This document shows positions 30,737-38,775 of a DNA stretch of 64,000 nt, in pieces (within the stretch, counting starts at the first letter, position 1; each line of letters opens with the position of its first letter). Under the pieces are notes generated by a model that did not search any database, was not told where the DNA came from, and worked only from the letters and a program-made list of their open reading frames with translations. Position numbers and translations under genes: made by a program. Source of the DNA: Candidatus Krumholzibacteriia bacterium (GTDB lineage: Bacteria > Krumholzibacteriota > Krumholzibacteriia > JAJRXK01). The stretch spans positions 448,001 through 512,000 of the forward strand of contig JBGPIA010000002.1 of assembly GCA_041484665.1 (NCBI GenBank). The letters are read 5' to 3'.

Positions 30737-31615
30737 TCAGAACAGCGATTGCTGCGCCCGGTGCGAGCGCGTGATCCAATCCAGGCGCAGGCTCAGCTCG
30801 GCCCCGCCCGAAGCACGCACGGCGATCAAGAGCGTCTCCCCAGGGCGGCGCACGTAGCCGCGCGGCCAGAGCTCGATGATCTGCTCGCCCTTCTCGGGTG
30901 GCCGGTACACCACGGTGACGCTGGTTCCGCGCTGCAGCGCGTCGTCCAAGGGTTGCAGATCCTCGGGCAGCCACATGCGCAGGCGCCCCGGTGAGCCGAA
31001 GGCCAAGGCCGGCGCGGTAGCCCGGATCAGGTCTCCCAGGGTTGCGTCCTGCGATCCTCCGGCCGCCGCGTAGTGCCGCTCCAGCAGCAGCCGGAAGCAG
31101 CGGGCGAGCGTGCGCGCGTCGGCCAGCGCGCGGTGGTACGTCTGCGCATGGCAGCCCAGGGCGCGCGACAGGGTCTCGAGCTTGTGGTTCGGCAGATCGG
31201 GGCGCACCCGCCGCGAGATCTCCACGGTGTCCAGCACCGGGCAGAAGGGCAGCTGCACGCCGTGGCGCGCCGCCTCGTAGGTCAAAAAGCCCACGTCGAA
31301 CTCGGCGTTATGGGCGAGCAGCACGCTCCCGCCCGCCCAGTCCTTGAACTGCGCGAGCACGTGGCCGGCGTCGGGCTTGCCCCGCACGTCCTCGTCGCGC
31401 AGGCGGTTGACGCGTGCGGCCTCCGGGGGGATCGGCCGGCCGGGGTCCACGAGCTGGTCGAATGCGTCGTGCGCTTCCCCGTCGCCCTGGAGCGTGAAGC
31501 GCTCCGCCGAGAGCTCCACGATACGGTCGCTCGCGGCAGCGAGGCCGGTCGTCTCCGCGTCGAAGGCGATGAAGCTCAGCTCGTGCAGCCGGGCGTCCGC
31601 GCGCGGTTGCGCCAC
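30737..31615 (-). CDS. DEDDh 3'-5' exonuclease (DnaQ-like) fused to a C-terminal WYL-like domain
   Basis: FDAETTG, AHNAEFD, HRALADA. C-terminus LDDALQRGTSVTVVY...IELWP...LLIAV...LSLRLDWI. Confidence 0.8.
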   Translation of the reverse strand: MAQPRADARLHELSFIAFDAETTGLAAASDRIVELSAERFTLQGDGEAHDAFDQLVDPGRPIPPEAARVNRLRDEDVRGKPDAGHVLAQFKDWAGGSVLLAHNAEFDVGFLTYEAARHGVQLPFCPVLDTVEISRRVRPDLPNHKLETLSRALGCHAQTYHRALADARTLARCFRLLLERHYAAAGGSQDATLGDLIRATAPALAFGSPGRLRMWLPEDLQPLDDALQRGTSVTVVYRPPEKGEQIIELWPRGYVRRPGETLLIAVRASGGAELSLRLDWITRSHRAQQSLF

Positions 31616-31666
31616 GTGATCTCCTCTTCGATGGACGGGAAAGGGGCGTTCGGTGAAGCGGGCGCC

Positions 31667-31695
31667 AGTATAGGGGCGCGCCCAGGGCTCGACAA
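31667..31695 (-). promoter_or_regulatory. Candidate sigma70-type promoter for the exonuclease-gdh unit
   Basis: Minus strand TTGTCG-17 bp-TATACT. Confidence 0.55.
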
Positions 31696-31716
31696 CACGC
31701 GACGCGGCCTGGGCCC

Positions 31717-32712
31717 CTACCCGGCGCGCGGGGGGACCTCCGACGAGGCGTCCCCCTCGCCACCCGGTGAGTCCCCCACCGCGCGGTCCACCGGGACCCC
31801 CGGCGCGGGATCCGGGGAATCCGCGAGCGCGCGGTCCGGCGGCTCCGCCTGCGGGACCTCCGCTTCATCGCCCTCCTGCTCGGCCGGGTAGACGGCGTAC
31901 ACGCGCTCGCCCTCGAGCACGGGCGTGGCCAGTTGGAGATCCTGCAGGATCGTCAGATCGGCAGCGTCGCGGCGCGCGTCGCCCAGCAGCTCCGCGAAGC
32001 AGACGAGCTTCACGTCGGGGTGCTCCCAAAGACGGGAGACGATGGCGAACATCCCATCGATGTCGCGATAGCTGCCGAAACCCGTGAGGAACGGGACGAC
32101 CAGACCGGCGGGCGGCTTGCCGGCCAAGAGGCCATCTCCGGCGACGAACATGTGGAGCACGTCCTCGCGCGTCACGCGGCGCAGCTCCTCGCCGGTCACG
32201 GGGGACGGCTCCCGCGCCCCAGCGATGACCCGCGGGCCCCAGATCCGTCCGGTGGCCGCCACGTTGGCGACCAGGAAGGCGACGTGGACGGTCGCGGGCC
32301 AGACCGCAGCCGCGCCGTCGTGCCGCAGCGGTGTCCCGGTGGCGGCGTGCGCCTCCACCAGCACCACATCGGGCTGGAGGTCCGCACGCAGCGCCTCGAT
32401 CGCGTCCGGCGCGAGGCCCTGCCATCGCCCCTCCGCCAACTGCGCCCCGCCGGCGAAGAGAGCACCCTCCGACCGCAGCAGCGCGCGCGCCCGTTTGGCG
32501 GGCGTTCCCGCGGGCGCCTGTGCCACGCCGGCGGGAGCAGGGTGGGGCACGGTCTGGGACCACAGCACGGTCCGCCCCTCGCCGCGATAGTGGCGCAGGA
32601 GACGGCGCAGCAGCTCGCTCTTGCCGCCCGCTCCGGCAACGGCAAGGACGCATCCTCCACCCTGAGGAAGCGCGCGGGTCCACGGGCTCAGGAATTGGTA
32701 ACGATCGTGCAC
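31717..32712 (-). CDS. Divergent YqeC-like P-loop protein
   Basis: VLAVAGAGGKSELL...GRTVLWSQT and DVVLVEA...PLR resemble YqeC (GAGGKT / TTT / VEADG) but are degenerate. Acidic tail. Start uncertain. Confidence 0.5.
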   Translation of the reverse strand: MHDRYQFLSPWTRALPQGGGCVLAVAGAGGKSELLRRLLRHYRGEGRTVLWSQTVPHPAPAGVAQAPAGTPAKRARALLRSEGALFAGGAQLAEGRWQGLAPDAIEALRADLQPDVVLVEAHAATGTPLRHDGAAAVWPATVHVAFLVANVAATGRIWGPRVIAGAREPSPVTGEELRRVTREDVLHMFVAGDGLLAGKPPAGLVVPFLTGFGSYRDIDGMFAIVSRLWEHPDVKLVCFAELLGDARRDAADLTILQDLQLATPVLEGERVYAVYPAEQEGDEAEVPQAEPPDRALADSPDPAPGVPVDRAVGDSPGGEGDASSEVPPRAG

Positions 32713-32770
32713 GTGGCACAGGATACGGGCGGGAGGCCATCGCTCCAAGCCACCCCGGCGCAGCGGGGCG

Positions 32771-32779
32771 TGGTACACT
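32771..32779 (+). promoter_or_regulatory. Candidate extended -10 promoter
   Basis: TGgTACACT about 33 nt upstream of the ATG at 32812 (SD GGAGGG). Confidence 0.4.
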
Positions 32780-32811
32780 CAAGAATGGGGGGACGGGATC
32801 CGGAGGGCTCT

Positions 32812-34431
32812 ATGCCGTCCCGTCAGCCGGCCGCTCGCGCCCGTATCGTCCGCAATCCTCGGCTCGTCCAGAGCGCGGACAACATCCGCCGCGCGGGCGA
32901 CGCCTGCTCTGCACGCCTCGCCCACTGTGCCCCCCTGCTGGCGGGTTTCGCCGCCTGCCTGCTCAGCTGCGCGGTCACGGCGCTCGCGTCCGCGGACGAC
33001 GCGCTCCTTCTCCCACTGCCGCTAGCCGCGCCATCGGCTGCATTCGTGCGCCCTGCGCCTTGGGGAGCCGGTCCACGGTTGCTGGGTCTCACCGCCCCGC
33101 CAGCGCCGCCGGCGCTCAGCGCGCGCCCAGCGGCGCGCTTTCAGACCGGTCAGCCGATGCGATCGCCCGGGCCCGGCACGCCCAGCGGCGTCTACGTGGA
33201 CGTCCTGTGTGACGTCTTCCTGCCCGGGAAATCGTTGCCGAGGCAGTGGATGTCCACCTCGACGATCGCGCGGCTCACAGCAGATGGCTATAACTACGTC
33301 TACGGCTACGATCCACTGGCGCAGAGCTACGACATGCTGGTGAGCGGGTACGCCACCAGCGACGGCATCCTCGCCCAGGAAACCGTCGGGGTCGCGGCGG
33401 CGCCGATCCCGGCACCGATCACCGCTTCGAACATCCGCGGCGTCGAGTTCTGGTTCGCGGTGAGCGAGGCGAATCTGTTCCCGTTCGAGCGCGTCGGGTT
33501 CACCGACCTCACCGACGTGACCGCGCCGCCCAACGCGATGCTGACGGCACCGCAGATGCAAGCGCTGTTCGACGACGCGCGTGGGTTCACGGGCCAGGTG
33601 TACTACCTCGACCATGTGCCGGTCGGCGCTCACGCCCTGGATCTGGGCGCTCTGGCCGTGCAAGACCTGGCCGCGCGCGTGCAGACGCCCGGTTGGTTCG
33701 GTGTGGGGATGGCCGCCGACGGCTGGGACCTCTCGGGCAGCCTCGGTGAGCTGGTGGAATGGCGCGTGCTGGGCGGCGGCAACGTGTCGCAGGGCGTGCA
33801 CCCCTTCTTCCGCCTCTATTACAACGCCCCTCCCGACTCGTTCCCGCTGATGGCGCCGTCCAATGGCGAGCAGCTCTCCACTTCGTTGCCGGTGTTGCGC
33901 TGGGCCGCCGCCACCGATCCCAACGGCGACACCCCCGTCACCTACACCGCCCGGCTGGGCAGCACGCCCGATCTGGCCTCCGCTTTCGAGCGCAACGTCG
34001 GCAGCGCGACCCAGGCCACCGTGCCGTTCGCCCTGATCCCGGGCACCTATACCTGGGAGGTTGTCGCGCGCGATCCCAGCGGGGAGTCGCGGACCAGCGA
34101 GCGCTGGAGCTTCAAGCTGCTGCCGGTGGTGGCGGCGCCGCCCGCGCTGCAAGAGAGCTCGCTGGCGCTCGCGGCCTCCCCCAACCCCTTCAACCCGCGC
34201 ACCGAGCTGCAGTACGCCCTGCCCCAAGCAGGAGCGGTAGCGCTGTGGATCGCCGATGCGCGCGGCCGGCGCGTCGCCAGCCTGCTGGCGCAGGACCAAA
34301 CAGCCGGAGCGCACAGGGTGCGGTGGGATGGCAACGACGCTGCGGGCAGCGCTTGCGCGAGCGGCGTGTACTTCGCGGTGCTGCAGACACCGTCGGGGAC
34401 GGCGCACGCGCGGCTGGCGTTGGTACGTTGA
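32812..34431 (+). CDS. Secreted protein with FN3-like module and C-terminal FlgD-Ig/T9SS-like sorting domain
   Basis: SD GGAGGG before ATG. Hydrophobic signal-like stretch. NAPPDSFPLMAPSNG..LRWAAATDPNGD..YTWEVVARD. Tail SPNPFNPRTELQY...WDGNDAAG...SGVYF. Confidence 0.78.
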   Translation: MPSRQPAARARIVRNPRLVQSADNIRRAGDACSARLAHCAPLLAGFAACLLSCAVTALASADDALLLPLPLAAPSAAFVRPAPWGAGPRLLGLTAPPAPPALSARPAARFQTGQPMRSPGPGTPSGVYVDVLCDVFLPGKSLPRQWMSTSTIARLTADGYNYVYGYDPLAQSYDMLVSGYATSDGILAQETVGVAAAPIPAPITASNIRGVEFWFAVSEANLFPFERVGFTDLTDVTAPPNAMLTAPQMQALFDDARGFTGQVYYLDHVPVGAHALDLGALAVQDLAARVQTPGWFGVGMAADGWDLSGSLGELVEWRVLGGGNVSQGVHPFFRLYYNAPPDSFPLMAPSNGEQLSTSLPVLRWAAATDPNGDTPVTYTARLGSTPDLASAFERNVGSATQATVPFALIPGTYTWEVVARDPSGESRTSERWSFKLLPVVAAPPALQESSLALAASPNPFNPRTELQYALPQAGAVALWIADARGRRVASLLAQDQTAGAHRVRWDGNDAAGSACASGVYFAVLQTPSGTAHARLALVR

Positions 34432-34454
34432 CCACGCCGGCCGGCGCGCGCCGG

Positions 34455-36407
34455 CTATCGGATGTATCCCAGCGACCGCAGCAGCTCCTCGTCGGCGCCG
34501 CTCATGCGAACGGTCTTGCCGGTGAAGCGCGCGGCCAGCAGCTCGTCGGCCCGGTGGCGCGTCCAGATCCACTCGATCCAGCGGTCGACGCGCTGCGGCT
34601 CCTGTTCCAGCAGTTCCGGACCATCGCCTTGATCCTCCCCCACGTGCCGCAGCGACGTGAAGTGCGGGCCCTGCGCTTCCCACGTATAGAGCATCCGCCA
34701 GCCGTCCTCGGTGGTCACGGCGTACAGAGGCCCGCTGCGCGAGAACGCTGCCCTGCGCGGGGTGGGATCCGCCGCGCGCAGGTCGTGGCCTTCGCTCACG
34801 CTCCCGGCGGCGAGCCCGGCCGCCGCCAGCAAGGTCGGCGCCACGTCGACCGTCTCCACCAGGTCCTCACGCACGCGCCCGGCCTCGCGGCCCTGCGGCC
34901 AGTGCAGCAGGAAGGGGATGTGCAGGGTGGCCTCCATGAGCTCCTCATGCATGAAGTGGCCGCGCTCGCCCAGCGCCTCCCCGTGGTCGGCCAACACGAT
35001 CACCAGCGCGGACTCGAGGCGGCCCGCGGACTGCAGCGCGGCCAACAGCTCGCCGATGGCGGCATCGGTGCCCGCAACGCCGGCGTTGTAGAGCTGCGGC
35101 AGCGCGCGGCGCAGCGAGTCGGGCAGCGTCACCTGGCCCTCGTTCACCTTGCGCAGGCGCTCGCTGGCCCCGTCGTCGTCGGTCCAGACCGCGAATGCCC
35201 GGAGCACCTCCGGCGGCACGCCCTTCAGGCGCTCGGGCGGAGCTTCGTAGGGCAACGCGCCGGTATCGCTGTGGGGATCGTACAGGTGCAGGAACAGGAA
35301 CGCCGGCCGGTCGTCCGCGAGCAGCCAGCGGACCGCGCGACGGCAGCGCTGGGCCGCGGCCTCGCCGCTCACCTCATACCGGTCGAAGCCCGCTGCGTAG
35401 CCGAAGCGCGGATCGAGCAGGAAGCAGTCGAACACGCTGCCGCGCGTGCGGTAGCCGGCATCGCGCAGGCGCTCGGCCAAAGTCCATACCGCCGGTGACA
35501 GCGACCGCCCGAAGTCCAGCCCGTGCGCGTCAGGATCCAGTCCGGTGAGCATGCTCATGTGGCTGGTGAGCGTCCACGGCTCCTGGGCGTAGGCGCGGGT
35601 GAAGCGCACGGCGCGCCGGCTGAGCGAGTCGAGGGCAGGGGTCAGCCCGGCGGAGGAGCCGTAGCACCCCAGTCGGTCGGCGCGCGTGGCGTCCATGCTG
35701 ATCAAGATCAGGTCGGGCCCCGCGGGCCGCAGCCGGCCGGCGGTGACGGGCAGCGCGCGCGCGAGCAGCTGCGCTGCCAGAAGCGCTATGCCGGTCAAGC
35801 GCAGCCAGTGCGGGCCGCGCGTGGCGCGCAGCCGCGCCGCCGGCCGGCGCAAGAGCACGTACGCTGCCACCGCCAGAGCCGCGGCCGACCCCGTGATCGC
35901 GCCGTTGTGCAGCAATGCCGGACCGTCCACGAGCGCACGCGGGACGTGCATGCCCAGCAACGCTTGCCGCTCCTTCCACAGCGGCGCGATGTCGTAACGA
36001 TTGTAGAGGAATCCGCGGTGCACCCACAGGGCAAAGGCGGCGGCGATCGCCCAACCCCAGGCGAGCGCCCGCGCGGGCCGCTCGCAGCGCCTCGCCCACA
36101 GCCAGGGCAACAGCACCAGCGCCCCCAGCAAGACCACCCCCATGAGCGAGCCGCCGCAATCGGCGCGCAGCGTGGCCAGCGCGTTGGGCGAGGGCGGCCA
36201 CAGCCGGTATCCCTGCTGCCTGGCAAGCACGACCGTGCGCCCCAGCGTCCACGCCCCGGCCAGCACGCCCAGCACACCTGCCGCGAGGCCCCACGACGGC
36301 GGGGGTAGCGCCTGCGGCCCCGCGTTCCCCCGCGGCGCGGGCTGCACGGCTCCTGGGGGCTGCGGCGGTCGGGACGGGCCGTCCGCGCTTCCGTCGTGAC
36401 TGCTCAC
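34455..36407 (-). CDS. Membrane-anchored sulfatase-fold (alkaline phosphatase superfamily) protein
   Basis: N-terminal TM helices. LILISMDATRADRLGCYG, WTLTSHMSMLTG, FLFLHLYDPH, ADHGE, HIPFLL. Confidence 0.85.
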   Translation of the reverse strand: MSSHDGSADGPSRPPQPPGAVQPAPRGNAGPQALPPPSWGLAAGVLGVLAGAWTLGRTVVLARQQGYRLWPPSPNALATLRADCGGSLMGVVLLGALVLLPWLWARRCERPARALAWGWAIAAAFALWVHRGFLYNRYDIAPLWKERQALLGMHVPRALVDGPALLHNGAITGSAAALAVAAYVLLRRPAARLRATRGPHWLRLTGIALLAAQLLARALPVTAGRLRPAGPDLILISMDATRADRLGCYGSSAGLTPALDSLSRRAVRFTRAYAQEPWTLTSHMSMLTGLDPDAHGLDFGRSLSPAVWTLAERLRDAGYRTRGSVFDCFLLDPRFGYAAGFDRYEVSGEAAAQRCRRAVRWLLADDRPAFLFLHLYDPHSDTGALPYEAPPERLKGVPPEVLRAFAVWTDDDGASERLRKVNEGQVTLPDSLRRALPQLYNAGVAGTDAAIGELLAALQSAGRLESALVIVLADHGEALGERGHFMHEELMEATLHIPFLLHWPQGREAGRVREDLVETVDVAPTLLAAAGLAAGSVSEGHDLRAADPTPRRAAFSRSGPLYAVTTEDGWRMLYTWEAQGPHFTSLRHVGEDQGDGPELLEQEPQRVDRWIEWIWTRHRADELLAARFTGKTVRMSGADEELLRSLGYIR

Positions 36408-36596
36408 GGCGTTCGTCCTCTCGCCACCGTCACGCCGCTCACGACCGGCGCGCCGCGCGCCTGCGCCTTGTCCCGCGTTCGCACGCGCCGGACCGACCGC
36501 CGTTGAGGGGTGCTCCTCGCCATGCTAGCGTGGGAGGCCGTGTCCCGTGCGGCATGCCCGCCGCAGCGGCGCTCCCCCACGCGCTGGAGCCGCTCC

Positions 36597-37448
36597 ATGT
36601 CCGCCCTTACCGTCGAGCTCCTGCTGGCCGCCAATCGCGTGCTGCCCCGCCCCGCACTGCCGGGGCGCGCCGATGCGGCATCCTACGCCCGATGGGAGTT
36701 CGACACCAGCGAGCCGCTGTTGCGGCTGTGGCGCAAGGCGGGCGGCCGTCCGGCGCGGCGGGTGCTCGATCTGGGCTGCGGCCTGGGCGGCAAGACGCAT
36801 CGTCTGTCCCAGGAGGCCGGGCCCGGCGTGCAGCTGGTGGCCCTGGACCTCGCGCTGGACCACCTGCGCAAGGCCGCCGTCTACCACGCGCAGGTCGGCC
36901 TGGCCGGTCTGCCCAAGGTAGCGGGTGACGCGGTGCGGCTGCCGTTTCGCAGCGGCGCGTTCGACCGCATCGTCACAACCGATACGCTCGAGCACTTCCC
37001 GCAGCCGCGGGCGGCGCTGGCCGAGATGCGCCGTTGCGTGGCCGAGGACGGCCGTTTGCTGCTGTTGTTCAACCCGTGGGGCTCTCCGCGCGGGAGCCAC
37101 CTCGCCGACCTGCTGCGCCTTCCGTGGTGTCAGCTGCTGTTCTCGCGCGCGACCCTGTGTGAGGCGACGCTGCAGGCTGCGCGGCGCCAGGCCGCCCGCA
37201 CCACCGATCCACGCGAAGCCGAGGATGTGGTGCGCTTCGGGCAGGAGCTGGCCGGGCACTTCGCGCAGCAGGTCCACCCGACGCGGATCGCCGATTTCCG
37301 CGGCTGGCTGGCGCAGGATGGTCTGTTCACGCTGGAGTCCGAGCTGCACGTCGGGCCGGGGCCACTGCGCGCGGCGGGCTGGCTGCACCGGCGCGCGTTC
37401 GAGGAGTGGCTCACGGCGAGCTACGGCGCGGTGCTGCGCCCGCGCTGA
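36597..37448 (+). CDS. Class I SAM-dependent methyltransferase
   Basis: VLDLGCGLGG, GDAVRLPF..GAFD, DTLEH, PWGSPRGSHL. Start MSALTVELL (36597). Confidence 0.88.
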   Translation: MSALTVELLLAANRVLPRPALPGRADAASYARWEFDTSEPLLRLWRKAGGRPARRVLDLGCGLGGKTHRLSQEAGPGVQLVALDLALDHLRKAAVYHAQVGLAGLPKVAGDAVRLPFRSGAFDRIVTTDTLEHFPQPRAALAEMRRCVAEDGRLLLLFNPWGSPRGSHLADLLRLPWCQLLFSRATLCEATLQAARRQAARTTDPREAEDVVRFGQELAGHFAQQVHPTRIADFRGWLAQDGLFTLESELHVGPGPLRAAGWLHRRAFEEWLTASYGAVLRPR

Positions 37449-37464
37449 ACCCTGCCCTGCCGCG

Positions 37465-38595
37465 CTAGCGCGGGTCCTCGCGCTCCGCGGCCTGGAAGAG
37501 CACCAGCTCGAGGCGCCCGATCAGACGCTTCGCGTCGAAGAACGCGGTCACGCGCGCCTGCGCCGCAGCCCCCATGCGCTCGGTCAGGCGCGGGTCGTCC
37601 CAGAGGGTCGTGATGGCGGTGCGCAGCGCCTGTGGGTCGCGCGCCGGGACCAGCAGGCCCGTCTCTCCCGCCACGTGAACGGAGGCGACGCCGCCCGACG
37701 CGCGGCTGGCGATTACGGGCCGGCCGCAGGCCATGGCCTCCAGCTGCACGATCCCGAAGGCCTCGCTGGACGCAGTGCTGGGGAGCACCAGCGCCGTGCA
37801 CGCGTGGTAGAGCGCACGCAGCTCCTCGTCGGACAGGTCACCCAGGAAGGTCACCTGCCCCTGCAGGCCCAACGCGGCCGTGAGCGCCTCCCAGCGCGTC
37901 CGCATCGGCCCGTCTCCGGCCACGGCCAGCGGCACGTCCGTGCCCCGCAGCGCCTGCAGCAGCACGGGCAGCCCCTTGTAATACACATGGCGGCCGACGA
38001 AGAGCAGGAAGCGCTCGCCCAGAAGCTCGTGCCAGCGCGCGACGGGCCCCGCGGGCGCCTCACGCAGCCACTGCACGTCCACGCCCAGTGGCACCACTGC
38101 GCAGCGGGCGCGGAACGGGGCGAGGGCGCGGCTGCCGTCGCGCAGCGCCTCGCTGGTCACCACGATGCGCGCGGCACGCCACAGCAGGAGCCGCAGCCAG
38201 GGCGACCACAGCCGGGCGAGCGCCCGCTGCCGCACGATGTCGCTGTGGTAGCTGATGACCAACGGGCGCGAGCCGCACAACAGCAGCCAGGCGCTCGCGA
38301 CTGCCGGATTGGGGAGGTGCAGGTGCACGACATCGGGCTGGAAGCGCCGGCGTGCCCGCCACAGCGCCAGGCCCAGACTGGGGCAGAGCGGGACCGAGGC
38401 CAGCGTGCCCCACTGCCGCAGGCGCCAGAGCGTAGCGCCGTCGCGTTGCTCGTCGCCATGGGCGGGACCGCCGGAGGCCACCACGGCCAGCACCTGATGA
38501 CCGCGCGCGGCGAGGCCGCGGCACGCTTCCTTCAGGGCCGTCTCCATGCCGCCCCGTGCCGGCGGGTAGAACTTCCCCAACTCCAGGACGCGCAT
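37465..38595 (-). CDS. GT4-family glycosyltransferase
   Basis: GKFYPPARGGME, HLHLPNP, SYHSDIVRQ, FVGRHVYYKG, SEAFGIVQLEAMACG. Confidence 0.93.
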   Translation of the reverse strand: MRVLELGKFYPPARGGMETALKEACRGLAARGHQVLAVVASGGPAHGDEQRDGATLWRLRQWGTLASVPLCPSLGLALWRARRRFQPDVVHLHLPNPAVASAWLLLCGSRPLVISYHSDIVRQRALARLWSPWLRLLLWRAARIVVTSEALRDGSRALAPFRARCAVVPLGVDVQWLREAPAGPVARWHELLGERFLLFVGRHVYYKGLPVLLQALRGTDVPLAVAGDGPMRTRWEALTAALGLQGQVTFLGDLSDEELRALYHACTALVLPSTASSEAFGIVQLEAMACGRPVIASRASGGVASVHVAGETGLLVPARDPQALRTAITTLWDDPRLTERMGAAAQARVTAFFDAKRLIGRLELVLFQAAEREDPR

Positions 38596-38693
38596 GCCGG
38601 CGCCAGTGTACGCGAGGGCTCCCTCCCCGTCGCGGCGAAATGCGGGACGGTCTGCAGCGGGGAGCCGCTAGGTGGGGGGCCCCGGCTCTCCCC

Positions 38694-38724
38694 TTGACAC
38701 CCGACCGCCGCCCTGCCCTATGCT
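38694..38724 (+). promoter_or_regulatory. Candidate promoter for the spt operon
   Basis: TTGACA at 38694-38699 and TATGCT at 38719-38724. The 19-bp spacer is longer than canonical. Confidence 0.4.
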
Positions 38725-38775
38725 GTCCTGTCGGTCGGCCGACCTGTCCGCCAACGCGCAAACCCCCAGGGAGCC

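Noticed and set aside
31933..32811. N-terminal 293 aa of ORF 31933..34431
   Set aside because: Overlaps the YqeC-like gene on the opposite strand. The start with SD and extended -10 is at 32812.
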